From the NCBI GenBank assembly GCA_030704615.1, contig CM060734.1:35464001-35528000 (forward strand): a DNA stretch of 64,000 nucleotides. Direction: 5' to 3'. The notes under the pieces were generated by a model. That model was given only the letters and a program-made list of their open reading frames with translations. It was not told the origin of the DNA and searched no databases. Positions 13,901-26,420 of this stretch are shown here, in pieces (position 1 is the first letter of the stretch; the number at the start of each line of letters is the position of its first letter). Source of the DNA: Takakia lepidozioides. Its lineage: Eukaryota; Plantae; Bryophyta. Position numbers and translations under genes: made by a program.

Positions 13901-14646
13901 GTCTCTCCTCTCTTGCCATATCCATTGTCAAGCCATGCTCACTACCTGTGAGTGTTTATGAATTGTGCAGGCTACGCAAAGGAGAGAAGCCTGTTCGTGA
14001 CGATTCAGTTGAGAAATTACATCAAAGAAAGAGGACAAAAGTGGAGAGGGAAAAACCAGGGCCTGGTGGTCGTACTTTTGCCACAAAACTAAAATTTAAA
14101 ATACCTGTCAAGCCAATCTCTGAAGAGGCTGCAGACTCGAATCCTACCCCTACAGCAGTAGATAATACAGTCAAGTTGGATTCACATCCAGGGTCAATGC
14201 CGGATGATCCAACTTCCAGCCAACCCCTTTTCATTGACATCTCTGCCAACCAGAGCATGACTGGAGGAGATAAGGGTGCTTCAGCAGGTGTTATTCATAG
14301 AATCTCAACACCAGTTCCAGCACCACCAGTACCCCCACTCCCTAGGCCGATGGTAGAAGCAAATGAAGCAGATTTTATGCTGGAGGATCTCGAGGTCTCA
14401 CTTCCCTCAAACCTGGAATCCAGTCTCTCTCTTCCCACATCAGGTATCTCTTCATCTATGGTGCACACCACTGACCTTTCAGGGGTTGGGGAGACAAGGG
14501 AGCTTCAGTTGGAGCATGAGATGTTGGACCTCTCTTCATCCGAAGCAGGGTTACCCCGATTCTCTGAGGGTTATGATCTGGGTTTAGATGTACATAGTCA
14601 CAGTAATATTTTGTCTCTAGATGTATCTTGGTTACAGAACAGTTGA
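7985..14646 (+). CDS. SWC2: SWR1 complex subunit 2 (YL1/VPS72 family H2A.Z chaperone); exons 7985-8040, 8746-8815, 9761-9832, 10121-10161, 10498-10816, 11019-11097, 11509-11628, 13206-13274, 13451-13493, 13651-13716, 13971-14646
   Basis: Spliced peptide contains RLTRGRR-LSRLLEEEVEADDEFWNQDAF, DEFDSDFNDD, RTVRKSTRTAV, MTQEEMLLEAAQTE, and the YL1_C motif CVITGLPAKYRDPQTGLPYAT. All introns are GT-AG and phase-compatible. Confidence 0.93.
8865..9505 (-). mobile_element. Three 5'-truncated LINE 3'-end copies in SWC2 intron 2
   Basis: Reverse-complement copies of CTCAAACTGGGCGCGGGGTCAATGGCCACAAGGCTACGGCAAACAACGTCTTATGAG at ~8865-8915, ~9055-9100 (with ORF2 end QIDVCVKGFLEDIWKT) and ~9393-9460. Confidence 0.75.
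10330..12300 (+). mobile_element. Further LINE 3'-end fragments in SWC2 introns (~10330-10372, ~11200-11415, ~11890-12295)
   Basis: Same 3' UTR motif in the first two. ORF 11917 (DDLQGTFPRHRLKFKLEAGSLPMN...CPGYCHQR...QQIDAYVKGFLE) parallels LINE ORF 18179. Confidence 0.75.
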
Positions 14647-14676
14647 TGTATTCGGCCCCAAATTCTGGGCATAAAA

Positions 14677-14980
14677 ATTGGCTGCATTCAGTCCGGTGGT
14701 AGGGCTGCACTCTTTCAATAACTGCAACCTTGCAGGTGGCACGACATGTTAACTGTGGTTGATTCAGGACCAGAAGATCTCCCCTTTACCCTCCCCATGT
14801 CTGATCTCTTCTCTTGCTGTCTTTCTGTCGAATGCCCGGGAATTGGCTGCATTCAGTCCGGTGGTAGGGCTGCACTCTTTCAGTAACCAAAACCTTGCAG
14901 GTGGTACTACTGTTCAGGACCAGAAGATCTCCCCTTTACTCCCTATGTCTGATATCTCTCTTGCTGTTTTTCTGTCAAGT
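14677..14980 (+). repeat. Imperfect tandem duplication (~150-165 bp) in the SWC2 3' region
   Basis: AATTGGCTGCATTCAGTCCGGTGGTAGGGCTGCACTCTTTCA at 14677 and 14841; TTCAGGACCAGAAGATCTCCCCTTTAC at 14763 and 14913. Confidence 0.85.
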
Positions 14981-15906
14981 GCCCTTGGCAATATTGTGAC
15001 TGGCAGTGTGCTGACATCTGTCCGTCGTGCAGCTTAAAGTCACTGCCAGCTCATACAGTCATGCTCAATTCGATGTAACTGGACCGTAGGCAGGGGCATT
15101 GGGTTTGATGATAGATGGAAAGAATGCAGCTAGTAAACTTGCCTCAACTGAAGATCTCCATCAACTCTAGTAATGCATAACAAAGATGTAATATACAGAG
15201 CATTGGAAGAGCTATGAGGACACAGTTACAATGGCTGCACTTCTGTGCCCCAGATAGTTTGCTTGCTGGGTGAGGAATCAGGACAGCCTGGTTCTCTGTA
15301 AGACTAGTTTGGTTGCCAGTCTGGAAATACACACAACACAGAGGAGATGGAGCTGGAGTTCCAAAATGTCCGCGGGATAATGCGTTTGTCATTGTGATTG
15401 TAACATGCATGAAATGGACCTGCATTGTGGTTAATGTCACACAAGCCAGGCAGCTGCACTGCAGCTGTATGGTCTATCTGTGAAAGGAGGAAGAAGTCAG
15501 ACCTGGTCTTCACGTCTTCACCAACGTTCAAGGAAGACAAGTCAGAGATCCGGGTGGCTGGACAAGTGGGCGGTTGGCCACCCCGATCTGTGGAGTTGAA
15601 TTTGCGGAAGCGCGTGGTGTGTCACGCGAAGCTGCGACAGAGTAGCGCGAGTTGACACGGAGATGCCATGGCGAGAGAGAGGAGAGAGAGAGAGGGAAGC
15701 AAGGACTGTGCAATGTCCGTGTGATATAGAAAGGATCGTGTATGAATTTCCTGTTGCTCCTGTGAACAGGGAGATCAAGGCGAGGCTGCAAAATGGGAGG
15801 AGCCAGAGAGAAGGAGTGGTTCAGAATTCGCACTACCGCACATGTGATTGTGACTTTCTGGCTGTTAGGAAGATCTGGATATTATACCAAAAAAAAAAAA
15901 AAAACA

Positions 15907-16145
15907 CCAACAGTCAGTAGCTCAGTTGGTAAAGTGCATTGAGTGCCATCCGGATGACCCTGGGGTGAAATCCTGCTACTTGACACGTGTGGTACGCTCT
16001 TCTCCCCCTTCCCTGCGCACGTGTCGCATCGGAAAGCCTTACGGCGAGGTTACTGAGAGGTTATTTTCTCCTCTCTCTATCAAGGGGCCTGATTTGTGAG
16101 CTGTCGCTCCCAGGTGTTTCCCTTCTTTATAATAAAAAACAAAAT
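15907..16145 (+). mobile_element. tRNA-derived SINE family 1
   Basis: Box A TAGCTCAGTTGG, box B-like GGTGAAATCC, A-rich tail; second copy at ~43437-43660. Confidence 0.75.
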
Positions 16146-17183
16146 ATATATATATACTGAAAGTTTCATTATACAAAGCCACCACGGCCCAAAAACTGTA
16201 AGGAATTAATGAGATTTTTTTGTATTGTGTAACTTAATACCTCCTGACCGGTACACGTGGCGAATGATTCCCAACATTATTTCTTTACACATAGGTCCAA
16301 TGGGAATTCAGGTTTTTGGACCTGGGGACCATATACATAAATAATGTTTTTTTATTCCTTTGAATGTCCTCAAGGACTTCCTTTCGATCGTCTTATGGAG
16401 TCAGCAATATCACACTCTTTACACATGGAGTGGTCCCCCCCCCCCCTGTACACTTCTGGTGAGCCCAATACAGATGCACCCAAACAGCCTCAGGAGTCAC
16501 AGGGCCCATTCTCTAATACGTGGCTGCTAAGCCAGCGCCCTGGGTCACATGGTAGAACATGATGGAAGAGATGTCTTCCCCCTATAGGTACAAGTTCGAT
16601 CATACTACATAGTGGCCCTCTATTCCAGGGAAATATGTCCAAAAGAACTTTCTTTGAAATTTTTCCGGATCGCCGTATGACATGCTAACATCAAGTTCTT
16701 TACACTTGGAATGGCCCAAGGTCGCCACCTGTTTTAGAGGTGGCGTCTCCACTATGATGGTCTCAGTAGGCCCATTTCTCTAGTACGTGGTAGGCCAAGC
16801 TAGTATCAGGTGATAAGCCCACCATGAGAAACAACCTTGAATTCCACCAAGACATACACAAATCCCATGAAGATTTTATTTAAGAAACTAATATTGACAT
16901 GGAAGTAGAAAGTTGATTCTGATGTAATCTTGGGCTGACTGAAGGGGGTTATAATTAGAGCCCATTTTCCGGTGATGCAGCCGCCAAACTTGCGGCTTAG
17001 TTGAAATAAAAGATTAGGGGACGACAGAGTGTATTGATGATGTCAATCCATTGGACTGATGAGATGTGGGAAACCATTTTAAGCTTGGTGGCCATAAATT
17101 GTTTAATATTATCATTATTTATTTATTTTTAATTAAACTATTGATAACAAACAACAATCGATGTTTTAAAAAAAAGTAGTTGC

Positions 17184-18507
17184 ATGAAAAGTTGCTTTTA
17201 CAACCCATACTCTGCCTTTGAGGCATGTGCTTTTATCAATATATATGCCCCTAATTCGATTGCTGAAAGAGTTGTTTTTTGGTCTTTCTTGAGATCCAAG
17301 CTCCTTGCTTTTCCGAATGTTGTGCACTGGATTTTGGCAAGAGACCTGAACATGGTCGAGAGCCCCGCAGATCGTCTTGGCACTACTTCTCAGATGACCT
17401 TTGATGAAGTAGATGCATGGGAGGGTTTTTGCTTTACGGTTGGCTTAACGAGGCATTTAACACAGATGACAACGGCCTTCGTTACACCTAGTCGAACAAC
17501 AGAAGACCTCCGGACCTCTGCATGGCGCGTTTAGACCGTATTTATTGCTCTCCTACCCCCCTGTTATGGGCAAAACCTGCTCCAATTGGCCCTATTATTC
17601 CAGGATTCGATCATGCCGCTATCAGTGCTGAATTCTCCTTGCCTGGGGCTCATTCCAAAGGAAGAGGCTTCTTTAAGCTAAATCCAGCCATCCTGGCAAT
17701 CCCAGAGTACCTTGGCCTCATTAAAAAGGCCTGGTTATCTGTTGGGACAGACATCACCTCGCCCACAATCCGCTTTCTGAAGAAACTCGAGACGGTCAGG
17801 AAGTTGAGCCAACTAGCTGTTCGGGGTGAGTTTGGCATCCCTTCCTTAAGCCAGATGAATTCAAGGTCAGATGGTGGGGTCAGTTGCAACACATGTCCAA
17901 CACCAGATATCCTAAGTTAATCGACTCTATATCTTGGAAACAGGACCGCCCTGTCAAACAGGCTAAGTCCTGGCATAAGAGAGTAGAAGAGATTCTCAAG
18001 GATCTGAATCTGGACCCGCAAGTCTTGACCTTGCTGGATAAATCTGACTTAGAGACTATAGTGTCCAAAGCCATGTCTGTTACCAGCAAATTGTCTGATG
18101 CAAATGAAGTTAGGCAGAAAACTTCCCTGAATCTGTTTCTGTGGAGGATATTCCATCTGTGACACGGGGGAGGATATCATGGATGACCTCAAGGGTCTAC
18201 CCACTCTCGGCACCAGACTGAAATTTAAACTCAGGGCAGGAAGCCTACCTTTGAACAGTAAACAGAAGCAGAGAGGAAAGGGAGAGTGCAATTGCCCATT
18301 GTGTGGACAACCCGAAGACAATATTCATTTTCTGATTCACTGTCCGGGGTACTCTCACCAGAGAGAAGCTCTCCTCCAATCTATCAAGAGAATTGTGCCT
18401 GTACCTGTGTTTACCAACTTTGAAAGTCTCGAGGCTGAGCCAAAAGCCCAGGCCCATCTGAGGCCTAGGTTTTGGGCAGATCTCACACAACAGATTGATG
18501 CTTGTGT
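17184..18507 (+). mobile_element. Degenerate L1/Tx1-like LINE: endonuclease joined to ORF2 C-terminus (RT core missing); continues at 31396-31570
   Basis: APE motifs NIYAPN, DLNMV, RLDRIY, DHAAI and C-terminal CPLCGQPEDNIHFLIHCP. The sequence resumes seamlessly (GATGCTT-GTGT-GAAGGG) after the Gypsy insertion. Confidence 0.85.
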
Positions 18508-18965
18508 TGTGATGCCCCAAACTTTCCTCATCACAGATTTACCTTATTCATCCAAAGCGGCGATACCCATTCGTAGTATATATTTTTGGCTTAAAATACC
18601 ATTGAACCATTACAAAGATATCATAGCCAGGGTTAGTTATGGCTTGTGGCTGCATCAAGGCCGTTCAATAGATCTAGGGTTTTGATGTGGCACCACGGGC
18701 TCAGCCTGACACGCCTCGCCACGCGTCAGGAAAGCATGCAGCTAGGGTTTGTATAAAATGGCGGCCTGACCTTGTGTCAGGCAGCCGATGTACTCTGGTG
18801 TATGTAGATGTGGAAAGCTGTCTGAATGCGATACGTGTGTATGATTTTCTGTCAGTTCGCTCGTTGAGATCCTCCTCTCGCGTGCATGCACGCTCCTCTT
18901 GTTCTCCCCTCGTTGTTTTGAAGAGCACTTGAGAGGATAAGCAGATATTCGTCCTGCTTCTTTTA
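18508..18965 (+). repeat. 5' repeat (segment B, 458 bp); ends CTTTTA, with no terminal CA
   Basis: Collinear with 30928-31385, with about 18 substitutions counted by eye. Confidence 0.92.
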
Positions 18966-18983
18966 TGGTGGAGGCGCGCCGGG
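18966..18983 (+). other. Primer binding site, probably tRNA-Ala
   Basis: TGGTGGAGGCGCG directly follows B; TGGTGGAG is complementary to the CUCCACCA 3' end of tRNA-Ala. Confidence 0.6.
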
Positions 18984-20409
18984 TGTTTTCCTTGATCATT
19001 TAATCGGCGTGCTTAGGTTAAGATTAAGAGCTCCACGGTGTCTTATAAAGATGGCGGCAACCCGCCACCCTGCAGTGTATTTGCTTAGTGTTGAGTTCTC
19101 TCCATGCTTGCTCGTTAATCTTGCTTATGTTTCAGACTATGGCGTCTCATGTGTCGATTACTAGAAGTGCTATTAATCGTGAAGGAGAGCGCTTGCATGT
19201 AGAGCTTGATCTGGTCATTTCACTTTCTGCTTCATCTGCTAACCCTCCTTCTTCCAGCACACCGCCTGGCACTCTTGCCTTGTCAGTGTTGCTGGTGTGT
19301 GGAGATAATGTTGTTGATTCAGGTCTTGTTGTCCGCTTGAATTCACCTAGTCCTAGTGAAGAAGCTAATCTAGCTGCAGCCGAGGCTTGGTCGCCAAGCA
19401 CTGCAAGGTCCGGTTCATTGGATAGCTGTGATCCAGAGTATTACAATTTTGATAACTATCATGATCCAGGGCCCGATTACTGTCCTAGAGAGCAGGAGCG
19501 AGAATTTGAGAGGGACATAGCTCGTTCACAAGAGTATGATGCTACAGTGTGTAACTTACTTTCTGTTGATCAATTCTAGTTTGACAAGATAGAGATTGCG
19601 GTGCAACGGGACATATCCTACTTCACCGAGAGTCGAGTTTCGGCGCCCAGACGACCTGACTCTGACCCAGCGGTGATCGCTGTGGACTCTCTCTCTGCGC
19701 CAAGGCAAGTTGTGGCTTCGAGGAACGCTGCTCGTCTGTCTTGTGATGTGGTCAAGTCTCGTTTCTTGAATCATCAGGCTGGTCGTGGAAAGAACTGGGG
19801 CTTCATCTTCCTTTATCTATTGAACGTGTTCACCGTGATTGGCTGGTTTCCTCCTTTGTCGAGCCATCTTGGTTGTCGTTAGCTCTCCGAGGTACGGGCT
19901 CTCTCGTTCTACGTCTTCTTCGTTTTCATCACGAGCCCAACAAGGGTCTGCCACCGTCGATCGACCTGCTTCAAGGACTGTCGTCGGATAGTCTATTTGG
20001 CCGAGCTTCCGACATTGTCATTTTGCCAGGGACTTTATTTGACGATCAACGGCTTGTCAGACCTGAGCTTGATCGCTTTCCTGTTGATTCAGTGCTATCT
20101 CGCATTTGGGAGAAGGAGAACTCTACCTGTGTGTCCTTTTGGGTTAAGACCACGAGCATGTGGCCGGAAAATGGTGGGCGCTCTCCATGCACGATTCTGA
20201 CTCTCACGACATCACCAAGGAGATCTCCTGTTTGACCTGGCCTTGAATTAAGGACGATCGTGGTATTGCGGGCTGCTGTAGCGGATTGCTACCCATCCCT
20301 GCTCGCTGACTTTGGCTTAATCAGAACTCTTGTTGGTATTCGTTGCTTCCAGGTTATCTCTCTACTATTCCTATATCTTGACATAGTTTAATCAGAACAA
20401 AATATTTTC

Positions 20410-22399
20410 TTGTTCGTGTTTGGACTCGTTGCTTCCTGTTGTATGGTAAGAAATACTGTTAATACTTGGCTGAGGTCTGGGAGGCAACGTGTTGCGATGG
20501 ATGCTCCCGATCTGGCCACAACGGAATCAGCCCTTGTCGAGGTCAGAGAGCCGGGTCTTCCATCACCTACAGGTAATTTGAGTGACAATCCGCGAATGCA
20601 ACATGGGATGGTAAGTCTAGATGAGGGATCACCTCTACCAGAGGCCAGTCTCTATACTGATTTATCTTGTGAAGATGGTATTGTTTCCCAAGAATTAGAT
20701 GATGTTCAGGTGACGCCAGCTGGTCTCACAAAGACAGTGCAATTTGAACTTTCAGGGGTCACTATGTTGCTTGGCAATGGGCCTGTGGTGCCAAGTGTAG
20801 CTGGTACTGGTAATTTTGTCACTAACGAGGGCCTGTCCGCAGCTGCTGATCAGCTAGCCTCTACTCGACATATGGCCATGATGCCTGGCCTGTCTCAAGT
20901 TACAGGAGCCAGTCCTTTGGGTGGTATTTCCAGGCATGCCATCCATCCCCCTTCTTTAGACCCAATTGCTAGTGGTGTGTGCAATGTCCCAGTGGGAAGG
21001 GCTAATGTGAGCGGTATGCCAGCCCCGTTAAATGCTCGTGTCAACGTAGGAACTGCTGCTGGTTTGCCTGTTTCTATGGTGCATGTTCCTAATCCCGCTC
21101 TTGGGGGAGGAATTGGTGTGTCTGTGACTTCTGGATTGTCTGTTGGCATGAATACTGCTTGTTCTAGCTCTAGTGTAGGCGGTCAGTCAGCCCAGCAATT
21201 GGGAAGGCCACCCATTCCCACCATGAGTGGAGTGGCTCCAAACCAAGTAGCCATGGTCAGTCAAGCTGTTCAGTCAAGGCCTGTGTTTCATGCACCCCAG
21301 GTGGGCGTGACAACATTACCGCCTAACCTGCCATCTTTGTCATTTCAAGGTCCCTCTAATGTCATGAGTAACAACTATGTCCCGGTTACTAGTGGGGTCC
21401 ATGCTATGAATACTACCACCAATCAGACTCAGGCTATGGCTCATTGTTGCCCGGCCCATGGATCTGCTCAGCCTGGTCACATGAATGCTTCCTCAGCTCA
21501 CTACCCAGCCCTATCCAGAATACACAATGGGAGAAGACTTTGATAGATATCTCCAGATGTTTGAAGTGATTGCTAATGTGAATGGTGTGCCTGAGAATTT
21601 TAAAATGGCAATTTTTAGAATGAGCTTGAAGGGACCAGCCCGTGACTTGTTACATGCAGCTGTCATGGATGACCCCCATCTCATTTGGGCATCCCTTGTG
21701 GAATGGGCTAAAACCCTGTTCAAACCACCTGAAAGACCCTTGGACTGCTTCATCAAATTGAGCTCCAGGACTTACCAGCCAGGAGAGTCCTTGTGGAAGT
21801 ATTACATGGATCTAAAATTTGATGCTGCAGAAAATATCATTGATCTAGCAGAACGTGATTGTATGGTGAAGACCTACTTTCTCCTTGGCTTGCCCCATGG
21901 TCTTCAAAATTGGGCCCAACGTCGTCATTTTGTCAATGACAAAACTATGCTAGCTGAAATTAATCTTAAGATGGCAGACTTAGCTGACAGCAAATCAATG
22001 CAAACTCATGCCAAGTTTCAAACTCCAGTGGGCTCGGAGCTTGGCATGGCTGCAACATCTTCACCTTATGTCCCGCCTGCTATGCAATGTAAGTAAGATA
22101 ATTTCACTCTTCAAGGGCTGGCCAACACAGTGGGTAGTCTAAGTGAGTCAGTTGCCACTCAGTTCGCTGCAATGCAAGCTCATCAGCAACGGTGGCAGCC
22201 TAGACAGCCACAAGCACAGACAGGTGGTAGCAACAGAGGTCGTACCCAAACTGGTCAGGCCTATGAAGGCAACCGAGCTGCATGCTACATATGTGGGTCT
22301 TATGAACATTGGACCAAGCATTGCCCTGATAGAGCAAGCCTACCAGAGCTGCTTAAAAACAAAAAGGCTGCCAATGGTTCCAACCCTCCTTTAAACTAG
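20410..22399 (+). pseudogene. gag (long low-complexity N-terminus, capsid-like region, CCHC knuckle); frameshift and stop
   Basis: GEDFDRYLQMFEVIANVNG...SLKGPARD and CYICGSYEHWTKHC; ends PLN*. Confidence 0.8.
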
Positions 22400-22448
22400 A
22401 CAGACCTCTTGGGAAGGGGGCGAGAGTCCACCAGTCACCAACCCTTCC
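22390..22448 (+). promoter_or_regulatory. -1 ribosomal frameshift signal: T_TTA_AAC plus H-type pseudoknot
   Basis: In-frame slippery heptamer at 22390-22396 before the gag stop. Stem 1 GACCTCT/AGAG(G)TC; stem 2 GGAAGGG (22412-18) / CCCTTCC (22442-48). Confidence 0.75.
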
Positions 22449-24510
22449 TCTCTCATTCCTTTGCAGGCTGTGTTGTCTACTAATTTCAAAGCTTTGCATT
22501 GTCCTCTGAGCAGGCAGACCTCAGGACAGCAAATCAGCCCTCTTATGGCCCAATGCCATATTCACGAGTTGAGTTTCCCTTGTGTAATCGACACGGGTTG
22601 CACCATATCTGCCATGCCTCTAAATATTGTGAGAGTTCTTGGTCTTAAGTTATGCCCTGCCTCTGGTGTTGAAGTACTAATTGCGGATGGGTCCAGATAT
22701 GAGCCTCTAGGTTTGGTCACTGTGCTATCAAGATTCACAAGAAGGAGGTCGTGGTTACATGTATAGTCACTATAGGCGATCAATTCTTGCTAGGCCTTGA
22801 TTGGATGACTGGAGCCGGTGCAACCATCAGTCTGGCCGATTACTCCTTCCGATTTAGCAATGGTGAGGGCCATGAGGTCGTTGTTCCATTGAAGGCTATG
22901 AAACTTAGAGCTGGATCTGCCACAGCCAATCTATCCAGAGTTCAGGCAATGGTGAAAGAGGTACAACATAACTCTCACTCCAGCCTCAATTGGAATGATT
23001 TTTACAAACTTCAGCCTGATCTGCAACTCTTATATCAATGGCATGTTCCTAGTGCTGATGGTAGAACAGGGATGCCTATAGGTGTCCCCAAAAATTCTAC
23101 CCTGATTCGTGCACCCATGAACATCACCATCCCTGCTATGACCAAGAAAGTGATCAAGTCTGGTCTAGCCAAACTGCTCATTTCCTAGAAGTAGAAGGTT
23201 GGCGGAGACTCACTGCTCTCAAGCATTGCTTGGTGGCTACTGGGGTTATAGATCGAGGATATAGGCAGGAGGTCAAAGTGTTGATTGCTAATCCGAAGCG
23301 CTTTCCTGTGACCATTAAGAAAGGGCAGGTCCTGGCTCGTATCACTGCCCTGCCCATTGCTGAGATACAAGAAGTGCAAGTTGGCTTTGGGCTGGAGGCC
23401 ATTGGCATTCAACACGGCCCTGTGGATGTTGTTGCTGCCTTTGCTGCTCTAGCACCGCCACCTCTCCCTGATCTCAGTCCTGAAGGTAAGAAAGCTCTTA
23501 CCGTGTTGTCTGAACTTACATTAGGAAGTACCCTCTCCCCTGGCCAAAAGAAAGAAGTAGAAATGCTTGTTGCAAAAAATCTCGATATTTTTAGCTTGGG
23601 ATCTACTGATCTAGGGCGTACTCCCATCCTTCAACATGACATTGTCACTCAGGGACCTCCTATTAAACAATTTGTATACCGAGAAAGTATTAAAGAACGT
23701 GCCATAGTCCAGGAAGAAGTCCAGAAGATGCTAGATGTTGGTGTAATTAAGCCATCAATCTCTCCTTGGGCCAGTCCCATTGTCCTGGTTGGTAAGAAAG
23801 ATGGCACTACTCACTTTTGTGTTGACTTCAGGAAATTGAATAACATCACTAAGAAGGATGCTTACCCTCTACCCAGGATCAATGAAACCTTAGATCAACT
23901 GTATGGTACTACCGTTTTCTCCTCTCTTGATCTTGCATCTGGTTTTTGGCAAGTTCCTCTCACTGAAGCAGCCAAGAAAAAGACTTCCTTTATGTATCGC
24001 GTGGGCAGGTACCAATACGAAACCATGCCCTTTGGCTTGTGCAATGCTACCTCTATTTTCCATCGCCTCATGGACATTGTCTTAGGTAATCTTAGTTGGG
24101 AATGTGCCTTGATTTATGTTGATGATATCAATGGTGTTTCCCAACTTTGAATTACTTTTTCTGCTTCAGACCGATGCATCCGATGTTTCTGCAATCTTAT
24201 ATCAAATTGTAGAAGGTAAGGAGCATGTGATAGCTTATGCATCTCGCCGCCTAGATCATCATGAAAGGAATTATTCCATATTTGATAAGAAAGGTTTGGC
24301 CCTGGTCTTCGGTGTGAAGCATTTTAGGCAATATTTACATGGCAACTGGTTTGTGGTGGAGACTGATCACCTTCCACTCAAGGCTCTTGTCAAGCCCAAG
24401 GAACTTCATGGCAGACTTGCTAGATGGGCTATGTTCCTATAAGAATTTAACATGGATATTGTCTATAAGAAAGGAAAGGAAAACACAAATGCTAATGCCC
24501 TCACGCGGGT
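22428..24510 (+). pseudogene. pol part 1: aspartic protease, dUTPase-like domain, reverse transcriptase (3' part deleted), RNase H
   Basis: VIDTGC; NITIPA...TGVIDRGYRQEVKVLIAN...IKKGQVLARI; SPWASP...LDLASGFWQV...MPFGL...YVDDI; LQTDASD...IAYASR...ETDH. Confidence 0.88.
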
Positions 24511-25645
24511 TGATCCTCCTGTCAGCACGCCTATGCTCACCTTGGATGACCTTGCTGCTGCTGATGCAGCCCCTCCTCTTGATCCAGCTCTGCTTCTCAA
24601 CCTCCTTTGTGCAGATCAGCACCCCTTGACCTTGGATTCGGATGGCATATTGGCTACTTGGGGCTGGTCTAGCCTTCTTGATGATCCTGGTTGATTTATT
24701 CATGTGTTAGCATGTGTGGTGGATTTATCGCTTAGGAAGAATTTGGATGGTTTGGTGAAAATTCCTCGTTTTGTTCTAGCTCTTCTCTTTCCTTGGCCCC
24801 GAGTTTGTTGTGATTCGGCTGTTGCACTCCGGTGTGACTATTGGCTTGAACTTCAAGGCCTGATTTGGCTGTCCATGAGTAGTAACAAATGAGGTGAAGG
24901 TATCCCTGGCTGGAGATCATAGGTGCAGGCACTCCAGACCACCAGCGAAGGGCAGAAGACAGCCCTTTCGGGCGAAGGCCGCTCGTCGCACGCCGGAATA
25001 AAAAAACCCTTCTTTCATCGCAGCCCTTTCTCGCGACGCCAGGCCGTCGCATGGTGGCATGAAAGGCAAAAGGCCCCTGCGACGATCGGGCGTCGCAAAC
25101 TGCCCGGCTGCCCTATTCTTGCAAAAAAAAAAAAAACGGGTCATAGTGTGCGAAGGCTGGCCGTCGCCGTGTGCGACCCCGGCCTCATAATCCATTCAAA
25201 AAACAGGTCGCAGATGGCGACGGTTGGCCGTCGCCGTTTGCGACCCCCAGCCTAAAAACCGCGTCACAGGTGGCGACGCGTGGGGGTCGCAGGCAGCGAC
25301 GGCAGGGCTTTCTAGGTTTAGGTTTAGGGCCTTTGGGGGTTCTCAGTTTTTTTTTTTTTTCATATAGTACTGGGATAGGGTGTTTGTTTTTCTTTATGGT
25401 TTAGCTTGTTGTTGTAGACCTTCTTGTAGATTGTGACATTCATTGTGATAATTCTCTTGATACCACATCTGTATGTGTTGCTCCAACATATTCATTGCAT
25501 ATGCCTTCTTTCTTGAAAGACTACCAGCCACAGCCATATTTGATGAATCATAGAAATAAAGTACAATATGCATGTACATGTACAATCAATCGAAGGGATG
25601 GGTCCAGTTCGGTGCGAGAATTGTTATGTAGCTTTGATTTTGTGT

Positions 25646-26420
25646 CTAATCAACTTGAACATCATCATCCGGAGCCTCTTCATCCTCATCAAGTTGCAAG
25701 TCTTCGGAATCATCGTCATAAATGGTCCGGCCCTCAAAAGGCACCTCCGAATCATCCTCCACCTTGTTGTCAATGGCCGTGTCTTCTTCTCCTTCTCCAA
25801 CATCCGTATCTTCTAAAGTTTCATCATATAGGGTCCAAGATGCATTGTCCGGGGCGTCATCATCCTCTTCTACCCCCTCTACCCAACCTCCATCATCAGC
25901 ATCATTATGACCAGTCTCTCCGTCCACCGTAATTGCCTCACCCCATGGAGATCCGAGACCATGATAGATACTTCTTCCTCTTGGCTGAGCATGCACAACC
26001 ACTTTCCAATTCCCCCCTCTTGTTTTGTCATCGGAGAAGAAAACTTGCTCCATGTCTGAAGGCCGTGAAAAAAGCTCATCGGATGGACGATAAGTAGGGT
26101 TGAGCCTATCTGCATTGACGCGCATGAAACCACAATCATCTTGCACTAGTGTTGCTGAGAGCCCCACAAGATGTGGCTGGAACCACCTTCCCTTGAAGAG
26201 AAGAGGCCGATACCTTGTATACTGAAGTTGGAGTATGCTCTCAAGCTCTCCAATGTACTCAAGTTTGCTCATAGCAGGTCATGTATCTCCCTTGCCCCAC
26301 ACGGAGTCTTGCCAATATGTGGCACACAAGCCAGAATCAAAGGTTTTTTTGCGCTTCATGTCAAGAGCACGAATGCGGAAATGACGACCGTGAACCCAAA
26401 CCGCCGTGTATGAGGGGGCC
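25646..26420 (-). pseudogene. CACTA TnpD C-terminal (DUF4216-like) remnant
   Basis: VHGRHFRIR...TFDSGL; YIGELESILQLQY...LFKGRWF...DDCGF...EQVFFSDD...WKVV...PR. Confidence 0.75.

Noticed and set aside
15940-16050. Hammerhead-like GATGA...GAAA in SINE family 1
   Set aside because: The core CUGAUGA and the required stems are not present.
24930-24942. CACTCCAG as the left CACTA TIR
   Set aside because: Only 7/8 match and the 3-bp flanks (AGG vs CCG) disagree, so the boundary is approximate.
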